From the NCBI RefSeq assembly GCF_000143415.4, contig NW_003314274.1, positions 208,794-272,793 of the forward strand: 64,000 nucleotides of DNA, given 5' to 3'. The number at the start of each line of letters is the position of its first letter. The first letter of the stretch is position 1. The DNA is from Selaginella moellendorffii. Lineage: Eukaryota > Plantae > Lycopodiophyta. Both the position numbers and the translations under genes were made by a program. Positions 51,659-63,010 of this stretch are shown piece by piece. The notes beneath the pieces were generated by a model. It had not been told where the DNA came from, made no database searches, and saw only the letters and a list, made by a program, of their open reading frames with translations.

Positions 51659-54600
51659 TGTAAGCGACTAAATTTTCCATTCTACTTTAGTCACTTAACC
51701 ACACCTTCGACCACTTGGAGGAGTCTTATTCATAACCTCCATCAGTCCAATTCAGGACTTGGGACTTGCTAGCCCCAAGAATGGCATCCCTGCCACTCAA
51801 CACTTGCACCTGGTCCAAGTGCTCCACGTGTCCGGTCCCAAGACCGACACTCAAAGGTACCACTGACATCTCGGCCCGTTACGCTAAGGCCAGGCCCATT
51901 CACCTTTGCTGCACTAGTGGTCCAACACCACTTGCATCACCATCCCGTCTCTCCAAGACTAGGCCATCTGTACTCGAGTGGTCATCCTAGATCCACTCCT
52001 TAGCATCCTTAAGATGCCCACAGACCTGGGGAATCGCCTTCCCCAAAGTCCCTTTGTCAGTTCCTACCAAGTCCCTTTCTGCCCCTGGCCGTGTTTGCCA
52101 ACACTGCCACTGGATCGAGGCCCACAGGCCCGACCACTAAGTCCCATGGTCCTCTGGGACTTCCTCACCACACGACTGTGTCCTTGGTCACTACCCCAGA
52201 GGACTGCTCCTCTTCCTTTCCACAGTCTGGGCCTTTGGGACAACATTTCGGAACACCGTGGCCTTACGCGAGCCACCTGGGTACTCTCCCCGCCTTTCGC
52301 CTTTAGGTGCTCTAGCCATGGGCTTAGAGCGAGGTTCCATTGAGCCATGCCTGGTATCCAAGTAGGTAGTGCCACCCACACTTGGATTGGGAGCATCGGC
52401 CAGTCGATCTCCCGGGGGAACTAGAGTCGGCTCTTGAACACTTCACCAAGCTACCCCGCTTGTCGGTCCGTATTCACTCTAGTCTTGGACTTCCCAGTGG
52501 TCAGTTCATCACCCAACACTGGGTCTGGCCTTCCTGGGCCAAACTGGCCTTTCCTGGCCAAACTGGCTCCACTGCAGTCCTCCCCCTACTATACTTTTGG
52601 AGCTCACCAAACCCCCCAGGGTCTGGGAGACGAACGCTTTGGGCTTTCACCCTCTCAGGCTCCGGACTCGGACTCGGACTCGGACTCGGACTCGGATTCG
52701 GATTCGGACTCGGACTCGGGCTCGGGCTCGGTCTCAGCCTCGGCCTCGGTCTCAGTCTCGGTCCCGATCTTGGTCTCGGTCTCGGTCTCGGTCTCGGTCC
52801 CGGTCTCGGTCTCGACTTTGGACTCCATCTCGGACTCCATCTCGGACTCCATCTCGGACTCCATCTCGGGTCCATCTCGGGTCCATCTCGGACTCCATCT
52901 CGGACTCCATCTCGGGTCCATCTCGGACTCCATTTCGGGTCCATCTCGGACTCCATCTCGGACTCCATTTCGGGTCTATCTCGGGTCCATCTCGGACTCC
53001 ATCTCGGACTCCATCTCGGGTCCATCTCGGGTCCATCTCGGACTCCATCTCGGACTCCATTTCGGGTCCATCTCGGGTCCATCTCGGACTCCACTTCGGA
53101 CTCCAACTCGGGTCCACCTCGGACTCCACTTCGGACTCTATCTCAGACACTCCCACGTGTCATGTGTTGGTCCTTTTGGGTCCCTTTTTGGAGCCTCGCC
53201 TTTTGCTCGCTTCGTGCTCGTTCCTCAAGCACTTCGTTGGGAGTTCCACTCCCGCTCTTGACTTTTCAAGTCGGAGCTTTTGGTCCAAACGTGTTACGCT
53301 CGTTTGGCTCTCGCTTCGGCCACTACCATGTGGCGCCCTTCCGGCTCCACTTTGGGGCCTAGGGATTTTGTGTCTCACAACTCCACCACCCATAGACGAA
53401 GTTCGATGTCCTCATCGAACGGTAAACCCTTTCATAAAGTAACACCCACACGTGTTACCATTTCCATCATTGGCACCTAGCCAATCTTTATCTATGGTTT
53501 GACATCAAAGGTTCACCATGCCTTGTCCATCCTTTAAGGAGCGTAGTCTCTCCAACTTAGAGACTGATTGGACCACATGTAATGGTTCTCCCCTTTTATT
53601 GGTTTAGTTCTTGCTAAACCTCTTAGAGACCCTTCTCTAAGTCAATCCCACTACTCCTTCTCGAGTAGTCTCAATTTCCATCGATATAACCTTTGCACTT
53701 TGGAACTTTGAATTTTGACTTCTTGGAGTCAATTTCCTAGGTGTCTCCAACACCTTGCATTGCATAGTTTGTGCGACTCCACTTCCCTATCCTAGGAAGT
53801 TCATTACTTGAGGGCACCATCATCCTCTCTTCTATTTCGTGCCACCTTGGGCACTAAGTTCCATTTATCATACTTTGTGCTAGGGTTGTCCATCGCCCTA
53901 TCATTTGGCTACCTTACCGCTCCCTCCCTTGGAGCCTTTACTTCGCCAAATTGGAGCACTTAGGAATCCGTCCTTGAAAGTCCGCTTCCTTTCCCACAAG
54001 CTGTTAGCATCGAACACATTAGTGTTCCTTGGCTAACTTTGCCATTTGGATCCCTTCCATTAAATTCCATGGCCCAAACTTTGGCCACTAGTCCTTTGCT
54101 CCTATCCTTGATTGTTGCACCCAGCAACATCGGATCGCTACCTCCATTTTTGAGGTATCCTTTCGGTTCCATAGCCAAGACTCTTCTTTGCCAAGTCCGG
54201 AGGATGTTCACCCCTAGTATGTCTCTTTAGCATATTCTGCTATGGGCCCTATCCATAGCCCAACTTCGTGACCCTCCCATGGGTCTTTTATAGAGACTAC
54301 TTTCCTCGGACTCACTATGCCATCGGACGGACATAGTTTATTTCCCTTAGGTGCTCTTCCCACTTGGTCATTGCGACCAAGCCACACCATCTTAAACAGT
54401 TCAATTTCAACATTTTGAACCAGGAACTTCATTCCTTAGCCAACCAAGGACCTTGTCCTTATCTGGCCATAAGATCACCTAGTGATCTCACCTTGGCACC
54501 TTAACAGAGTTGCCAAGAGGTACTTGGTTTTCTAGACCTCCAAGTTGTTGACTATAACCCCGGGGGCATCCCCCACACTTGGCGGTGCACCCAAGCTAGC

Positions 54601-57600
54601 CCTTACGGCCAAGGGTTCATAGCAACTGAGATTAGGTGTCCCCATCTCACTCACCACGACCTTGGTGCCACTTGCACCAAAGTGTTCAAGTTAGATATGC
54701 TGAGCTTTCACACTAAGCAATCTAACCGTGCATCACGACTCCGAGGCATCCCTTGCTTGGCGGTGTGCCCAAACCAGTCTCCCCACTGAGAGTCCATGAC
54801 CACCGAAATATGAGTGTCCTCATATTCCAAACCATCACCACGCCCTAGTGATTTGGGACTCGAACCCAAGCACTAGAGGGTCGGGACTCGAACCCAACCT
54901 CCGTATATGCATCTACGGACGGCATCACACAAGATGCCTGGCGTGACTCCCCACGCCGGTGCACCAACCTATTTTTAAAGCGCGCTACAGATCACAGCTT
55001 AGGAACCTAGTTCCTCCACACTGCCAAGTCCTCTCACTTGACATGTCTGTGATCATGCATGGACTCCTCCATGCTCGGCCCCCTGGCCCACCCTTTTTGA
55101 AGATATAACCTTCAACTAGGGTCTTTGTTCCCCTGACGTGCCAATCTCACTTGGCAAGTCCTCCGACCTTTGTAACATGGTTCCTGCATAAGCGTGAAAG
55201 TCCTTGACCATCGACTTTCGTTCAAAGCCCTCTCTTTGAACACTCGGGAACTACTTCCCTCACCTTGATAACCTTGCCTCATGGCAAGCTTCAAGACCAC
55301 GCTCCTGCTGCGCCACTCTGATTTCGCGCGTTCCATGAACCATTTACACTTGGCCTTTTTAGGTACTACGCTACCTAGAATCGTCTTTGGGAACCTTGAA
55401 GGAACTCTGTCCCTCAGCTTGCTAAGGCCTCCCCTTTCGCAAGCTTTATAGTTGCCATATAGTCTAACATGGACAATTCCATATTTTAGACTCTCTATGG
55501 CATCACGGTTGCTAGCAACAACATCCTCGAGCACCCTCTTGATTCTCCACTCCCAACTTTCATAACCACTGTTGGATATGCCCTTTGATTTCTATGGTTC
55601 GGTTCCATCCCAACATTACTTGCCTTTGGCTTCACACCTTTCCTTCGGTCATTCTCCTCCAGACCAGGAGGATAGCTTTGCACTTTCTATCATGCCTTAG
55701 CAAGTATTCTTAGGGATGAACCTACCCAATAGCCCAGGGAGTGGTTCCTCAATCCGGGTATGCTCAGCTTATAATCCCACACACTGGGGTTACATTGTTG
55801 CTTATGGGCCTTTACATGCCCATCACTAGCCTTGCCAAAATTCCATTTTTGGCTTTGTCCAACTTGGGTAGACAGTCCTCTCCTATCTCCGCAACCTTGG
55901 ACATTTGGATAGCACCTTCTATCCATCATTCGCTAGGGACTTAGTCCCTTGGGCTTTATCCATTGCCCTCGCGACATCAAACACCACCTTCTGGTGTTCT
56001 AGAGTGTTCGGGTGTCCCAATGATGGCTTTCTTGACAATGAGTATTTCCTTTTATGACATTGACTTACTATATCGCAACATAAGCAACTTATCCCCCGTA
56101 AGGGTATATCCGACTTCCCTATACTAGAAGTCTTGGGTAGCTACCTTCTACCCGTTTAACCAGTTATTTTGCACCTCTTGCTTAGTTGCCTCATAGTTGT
56201 CAAGTCCTACAACTCATTGCTTGGTGCTTTCACACCTCCATCACTATCTGGGTCACCACACTCCAACTGCATGCTCTGCAACTTAGGCTATGCCATTCCC
56301 ATTTCCATTGGGATTCCTTTGGCAAGGGGTTCTCATGAACCCACCAACATAGCCTCAAGGTATCACACCTTGGCACATTTGGTGTCTCCACACCATTGGC
56401 TCCACGAGCCTACCTCTATGACATTTCCCTTCGTGTCTAAGTCTTTGCCAAGACCAACACCGCTCTTTCTCATGCCAACCATCTGTTAGCACTGCCCCAT
56501 AGAGGTCACACACAACTTTATGTCAAAGTTGTTTTCTTCTAGGAACACCTTTCCCATAACTTTAGCATGGCACATTTTGCCATCGATGAGATACTCTCTG
56601 TTCTCATCCTTGGATCCTATGATCCCCCCCCATCCTTTGTGGGGTACAACGCACCTCAGTCCAAATGCTTCATTCAGTCCTTTTTAGGACCATCCCTTGA
56701 CTCTACTTGAGTCGTCTAGCAGTTTTGGACTTGGTTAATCCACCGACCCGTAAGGTCCTACTTGTGAGGCACTAGCTCACTGGAATACACATCTTGCATT
56801 CCGGTCCTACTCAAAAGGACTATTTTCACAAGTGTTACTCCGACACTTGATTTTGTTCTCTGGGGGCAACCTTTGCCCCTTAGGACTACTTGTCCATGTG
56901 ATGAGAATACCAACTCATCCACTTAATACACCCCCAACTCCTTGGGTTGTTCCAGCATTTATTAGAGGTAGCCCCGGCTACCATTTCAAGGACTTGAGTC
57001 CTCTTCCGTATTTGACCTTCCACGGTCATTACCTTTGGTCTCACATTCATGAGCACCAACCTCAACTATATGAGGATAATCTTGTGACTCCTTTATTGTT
57101 TTGGAGTCTCTATCTTTCCCGTGATCCCAACTTTAGTTGTTTACCACAACAACCTAAGCCAATTTGCTGAGACAAATGCTCATCCGGATCACATCCTCAA
57201 CTCAATGAGGAAAACCTTGCACTGTTCCCAAGATCCCAAAGTCGTTCCATTATTGGCCCTTTTCTATCCACCACCTCGTCTACAAGTTCACACATGAACT
57301 GTAATGGAGAGCCATGTCTTCCCGACTTGCTACTCCTCAAGGATAGGCCCACTCCTCGGACCTTCCGATGCCAACACTAGTGGTGATATACTTGAGCACC
57401 AATAAAAGTCGGACTAAGGAACAGCTCCGATACCAAATTGTAAGGGACTAAATTTTCCATTCTACTTTAGTCACTTAACCACACCTTCGACCACTTGGAG
57501 GAGTCTTATTCATAACCTCCATCAGTCCAATTCAGGACTTGGGACTTGCTAGCCCCAAGAATGGCATCCCTGCCACTCAACACTTGCACCTGGTCCAAGT

Positions 57601-58982
57601 GCTCCACGTGTCCGGTCCCAAGACCGACACTCAAAGGTACCACTGACATCTCGGCCCGTTACACTAAGGCCAGGCCCATTCACCTTTGCTGCACTAGTGG
57701 TCCAACACCACTTGCATCACCACCTCGTCTCTCCAAGACTGGGCCATGTGTCCGAGTGGTCATCCTAGATCCACTCCTTAGCATCCTTAGGATGCCCACA
57801 GACCTGGGGAATCGCCTTCCCCAAAGTCCCTTTGTCAGTTCCTACCAAGTCCCTTTCTGCCCCTGGCCGTGTTTGCCAACACTGCCACTGGATCGAGGCC
57901 CACAGGCCCGACCACTAAGTCCCACGGTCCTCTGGGACTTCCTCACCACATGACTGTGTCCTTGGTCACTACCCCAGAGGACTGCTCCTCTTCCTTTCCA
58001 CAGTCTGGGCCTTTGGGACAACATTTCGGAACACCGTGGCCTTACGCGAGCCACCTGGGTACTCTCCCCACCTATCGCCTTTAGGTGCTCTAGCCATGGG
58101 CTTAGAGCGAGGTTCCGTTGAGCCACGCCTGGTATCCAAGTAGGTAGTGCCACCCACACTTGGACTGGGAGCATCGGCCAGTCGATCTCCCGGGGGAACT
58201 AGAGCCGGCTCTTGAACACTTCACCAAGCTACCCCGCTTGTCGGTCCGTGTTCACTCTAGTCTTGGACTTCCCAGTGGGCAGCTCATCACCCAACACTGG
58301 GTCCGGCCTTCTGGGCCAAACTGGCCTTTCCTGGCCAAACTGGCTCCACTGCAGTCCTCCCCCTACTATACTTTTGGAGCTCACCAAACCCCCCAGGGTC
58401 TGGGAGACGAACGCTTTGGGCTTTCACCCTCTCAGGCTCCGGACTCGGACTCGGACTCGGACTCCATCTCGGGTCCATCTCGGGTCCATCTCGGACTCCA
58501 TCTCGGACTCCATCTCGGGTCCATCTCGGACTCCATTTCGGGTCCATCTCGGACTCCATCTCGGACTCCATTTCGGGTCTATCTCGGGTCCATCTCGGAC
58601 TCCATCTCGGACTCCATCTCGGGTCCATCTCGGGTCCATCTCGGACTCCATCTCGGACTCCATTTCGGGTCCATCTCGGGTCCATCTCGGACTCCACTTC
58701 GGACTCCAACTCGGGTCCACCTCGGACTCCACTTCGGACTCTATATCAGACACTCCCACGTGTCATGTGTTGGTCCTTTTGGGTCCCTTTTTGGAGCCTC
58801 GCCTTTTGCTCGCTTCGTGCTCGTTCCTCAAGCACTTCGTTGGGAGTTCCACTCCCGCTCTTGACTTTTCAAGTCGGAGCTTTTGGTCCAAACGTGTTAC
58901 GCTCGTTTGGCTCTCGCTTCGGCCACTACCATGTGGCGCCCTTCCGGCTCCACTTTGGGGCCTAGGGATTTTGTGTCTCACA
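51659..58982 (-). mobile_element. Non-coding LARD-like LTR retroelement, young
   Basis: LTRs 51659-53379 and 57439-58982 (TG..CA, few mismatches apart from repeat length). TSD CCGCC (51654-51658 / 58983-58987). Minus-strand PBS TGGTATCGGAGC at 57424-57435 and PPT ATGGGTGGTGGAGT at 53380-53393. The ~4-kb interior has no recognisable gag/pol. Confidence 0.95.
52664..53145. repeat. GGACTC/GGTCTC hexamer and GGACTCCATCTC/GGGTCCATCTC minisatellite in the LTR (shorter copy at 58441-58745)
   Basis: Direct periodicity; accounts for the ~177-bp LTR length difference. Confidence 0.95.
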
Positions 58983-58987
58983 CCGCC

Positions 58988-60240
58988 GAGCCGGTCGTAT
59001 CCTCATTTCCAACGGACTCAACGTGTGCCCAATCGTCTGACTACGCGCCGTTGGAACCTCCCTACACCGCCCCTGCTGCCTGTTCGGTCATGTCCACTTT
59101 GCCAACGGAAGCACCAGCTGAAATGGCGTGTGATCACACGCCATCAGAACCACCCCATGCCACTGTTGAGCCAGTTGTACCAGAGTCTACAGCTGAAATG
59201 GCATGTGCCCACACGCCATCGGATGCGATTGACCCCACATTGCAGAGGAGAGTATTTCCGCCCTTCACGTTTCCTCGACCAAAACCCTCTCAACGACCAT
59301 CGGGAGCACCATTTGCTAATATTGTAGATGGTAAAATTGACTTGTACCATTTTTTATGCTGACGCATTTCATTTCAGAGTCACGGCGAAGATACTGTATC
59401 GTTTTTGATCTGAACGGTGTCCTTTTCTCCCATGAGCGTGGCTCGTCCTCGAATGTCACTGCACCCTCCAAAGCCTGCGGTCGCAAGTTGGTCAAAAAAG
59501 ACAGATTCACATTAATCACACAGGAGAAACTGCGGGATCTAATAATGACCATGCGACACTTAAAACAGAGGGTCAGGTTCAATTTGCAATTGGGAGTTTG
59601 GACATCCATGATGCGCCACAATGCATTAACGTTGCTACAGATGATGCACGATCAAACGCGAGTAATATTACCATTTGACTTTCTCCTAACGCAGGAGGAT
59701 TGCTTGACTATGGTCCAAGTGAGGGGTAGCAAGCCCATCTTCGTCAAGCCAGAGGCTGTAGTGATGAACCGGACTGCTAGGTCAAGTGAAATCCTCATCA
59801 TCGATGACTCGCCGATTAAAACTGCAACAAACACGCATACATATGCAGTGCACCCCATCTCTTGCAGTATGGAAACTAAGGAGAAGAAACCGTATGTTCT
59901 GGGGGACCTTGCAAAACGGCTTGGAGCGATGGTGATAGAGAACCGGCCAGTCCAGGAGGTGGCTGCAGAAATCAACCAAATGGCAGATGGAACGGTATAT
60001 CAGAAGCCATTTGATTGGACAGACACCAATCATCATTTATGGCATGTATATTGTCTAGCCAAGCACTATCCGCATTTCCATAATCTGCTCAACCGGATGG
60101 GTTCTTCGACCACTGAACATGAGCGTGGACGTATTAGAGAAGAGATGGCATTACTATTGGGTTTAAATCCTGATAGTGTGGAGAGTGATGAAATTCCAAG
60201 ATTATTGTATAGGCATTGGAGGCAAAAAATAACAGTCTGA
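58988..60240 (+). CDS. Cargo gene, 3' part: Pro/Ser/Thr linker + FCP1/NIF-like HAD phosphatase domain (exons 58988-59330, 59378-60240)
   Basis: CIVFDLNGVL, LGVWTSMMRHNA, FLLTQEDC, KPIFVK, ILIIDDSPIK. A 47-nt GT-AG intron with a GCTGAC branch site keeps the frame. In frame with the exon ending at 51658 once the LARD is removed. Confidence 0.82.
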
Positions 60241-62699
60241 GATGGCATGTATTTATTTAAAAATGTAACTTATTATGGCATGGGGTTCCATGCCATTGTA
60301 TTAATATTAAAAGACAATTCTTTGAGAGGATTTGCATTATACTAGAAGTGTTACAGCATGTTATTGGAAGTCTACGAAGTTGTTTTATTAATAAGGGGAA
60401 AGTAAAGATTGAATGGGGACTTGGGCTCCACCTAGACTCGGAGCAACTGAGCCAATATTAAAAGGATGGAAAGAAATTGGACGATGATGACAAGGAGAAG
60501 AGAGAGGTGAACCAGTGGCAAGAGGAGGAGAAGTGATTGAGTAGACATTTCCTTGTTTAAAATAAAATGGCATGTGCCTCAATGCAGTTGAATTTTGTTA
60601 TATTTATATACTATATAAAGGTTTGGAAACCTTATTTTACAAGTGGGATAATGACAATTCCCACTTTAACGAAATAGAGCTTAGTGGTACTCGGAGTAGC
60701 AAGGGTGGCTAACTCCATTAGTCATTTCCTTGTCGGCGATGGCCGGAGGGTGTCTGAGTCTTAACGTCTTTGGACGTAAAAAAGAAGTTGTTCCATCACT
60801 CATTTAAGTTGGTGTGTTTCCCATATAGTGTGCTTTCCGTTAACTTTCGGAGTTGTTTCCTTGACGGTTTGCTAGACTTGGGTATGCATCGACGAGGACG
60901 TCGATCTTCCCCAAGGGGGGAAGAGTGTCGCGAATGTAACTTTAGGTATCGAAAGATACTTGTCAGCCAATCCTTACAGGCACTCTTTCCTTACTGCCAT
61001 GACGGCAAGAGGTCAGTACTGCTGGTTCCTTTCAATAGCCCCTCTTGTCCAAGTGTTAGTTTACTGGGTTTAGCATCTGTACTTAGCCAGATGGACATAA
61101 GGTAGGAACTCCTATGTGTTTCTAGCTGAGCATTCTAGTCCCTCAATATCGTTGGATGATAGCTTACTGTGTCTGCCAAACACCCTCGCTATCACGCCCT
61201 TTGTGTTGGTCTCATTTAAGTCCCAAATGCTATTTATGGAAAGTGTCTGGATTAGCTCATTTGGCTTATTTATAGAATGTAGAGATCGGCTTGAACACAA
61301 TGGTGTTCGTCCCGTGTCCAAATTCGCAATCTAAGGACATTTTATATTTAGTAAGTTTCGAGCTTGTCACAGAGACTAACTCTTGGTACTGAGGCTTGGG
61401 GTGAAAGCCCAAAGCGTGTGTTCCTTAGGGGGGGGGGATATGAGGTGTTCCAAATGTATAGTAAGGATAGTGGTTGGAATGTATGTCCGACCACTTGAAA
61501 CATTAGTTTGGCTCCTACTGGGCTGTGTCACTCCTTGTTTTGCATCCGGCTTGGGTCTAAGCCCAAGCTCCACACTGCTTTAGTCGGTGGGGTACCTTCC
61601 TCCTTGCGTTAGGCCACTGGTATACCAAAATTATGCCAGACTCCGTCTGACACCATTTTGAGTGCAGGTGTTGGATACGGGGAGCTGGTGCTTGTGGGAT
61701 TGTACCGAACCCTCATTTCGTAGTGCAACGAGCTTGGAGTTCAGCTCCAAATTCAGATGCGCTATAATGAGTCAATGATGCAATTTAGTATTTGATTTTA
61801 GAGCCTTTTACTTCATGTGAAGCCAAATATGTCGAAGTAGATTAAGTTGGGAATGTTATGGCTGACACTTCATTAAGATTTTATAAGACTTATTCATACA
61901 TTTGCTCTAGCCACCCTTAATAATGCTCTGTGACTAACACAATATTATGAGACATCACCTTTCCCACTTGTCATTGCATATATTTTAATTCCATTTCATA
62001 TGGGTAATGATCATGTTCTAATAGAGGTTGATATTGCTGCTGCCCATGTTCAAGAATAAGAACGAGGATGTGGTTGTGGCCGTAATATTTGTTATTGAGT
62101 GTATGATGAGGTTAGCCAAACATATTAGTGTTATTGGTGTTTTCGGTAGCATCTTCCATTTTTTCGATGGAGGCCTTGGCATTAACAACATTTTATTGAT
62201 GCTGCTATAGTGGAAAATCTTGACACAGAGATTTTTCTAGGAAGAGTTACAATAGTAGTAGAAGGTTTTTATGTGAATAAGCAAATGACCCCTCCATCTT
62301 TTTTTTGAGAGTACCATCAAGGGTTCACTCAACACCAATTCATTTAATGTTTACTTTCTAAATTTGTTTTTATAACAAAAGATCTCTTATTATTCCCTTT
62401 GTATTGGTTCATAAAAATTTAAGTTTATCTTTTATTACTTGGTCTGTTACCATATATTGCCCTCATTATATGGTAAAGCCAATCTTTATTATTTATAGCA
62501 ACAATTGCATGCAATAGTTGATTGACTCAAGAAGGAGTATGTTGATCTCTTCAAATTTAATGTATTGTCTAATGCCAAAATTGCAAGACATCATTTTATT
62601 CCAATTGGGGATGATTGTTTAATCAATATTCTTATTCAACATCAATCATCAAAAGAGATCAAGATTTTAATTGGAGAAGGGTGTTATTTGAAAAATCTT

Positions 62700-63010
62700 A
62701 GAGTGTTTGGGCACGTGAACCTTATCTTGTGATAGGTCTAATGAGAGTATTCGATTTTACATTGACTATCATTTATTAAATGATGTGATTATTATGGATG
62801 TGTACTTTCTTTCTGACACTAATGATTTTTTGGATTGTTTAGGGAAAAATCATTGGTTCACTAAGTTAAATTTTCCTCAACCATCAACACTTGCTAATAC
62901 CCAGAAGCAAAATGTTCCCAAGATTGTTTTTTATACACGATTTAGCTTATATGAATTCTTGGTGATAACATTCACTTTGAACAATGCTTTTGTGACTTTC
63001 TAACGAATGA
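62700..63010 (+). pseudogene. Highly decayed Ty3/gypsy reverse-transcriptase fragment
   Basis: NDFLDCLGKNHWFTKLN...KIVFYTRFSLYEFLVITFTLNNAFVTF resembles the DDLLD..FTKLDL..KTAF.TR.G.YEFLVMPFGL.NAP.TF block. Confidence 0.7.

Larger units (their letters stand above)
41507..60682. mobile_element. Large TIR DNA transposon (Sola-like) with cargo gene; ~11.8 kb without the nested LARD
   Basis: TIR AAGCTCTATTTCGTTAAAGTGGGA...TCCCACTTTAACGAAATAGAGCTT. 4-bp TSD AGTG (41503-41506 / 60683-60686). Contains a DDD transposase. Inserted in the gypsy 3' non-coding region. Confidence 0.93.
35337..61766 (+). mobile_element. Ty3/gypsy chromovirus interrupted by nested insertions
   Basis: 5' LTR 35337-36249; 3' LTR 60926-61766 (terminal CA mutated to TA). 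TSD ATGAG (35332-35336 / 61767-61771). PBS TGGTATCAGAG at 36252 (tRNA-iMet). PPT AAGGGGGGAAGAG at 60913-60925. Confidence 0.95.

Noticed and set aside
52382-53442. Long ORFs (up to 326 aa; also 58160-59327 and 4351-4736) rich in SR/GL/DS repeats
   Set aside because: They are translations of the LTR minisatellite, open in several frames on both strands.
54854-54897. tRNA gene
   Set aside because: Only B-box/T-loop-like motifs are present; no A-box or cloverleaf could be built.
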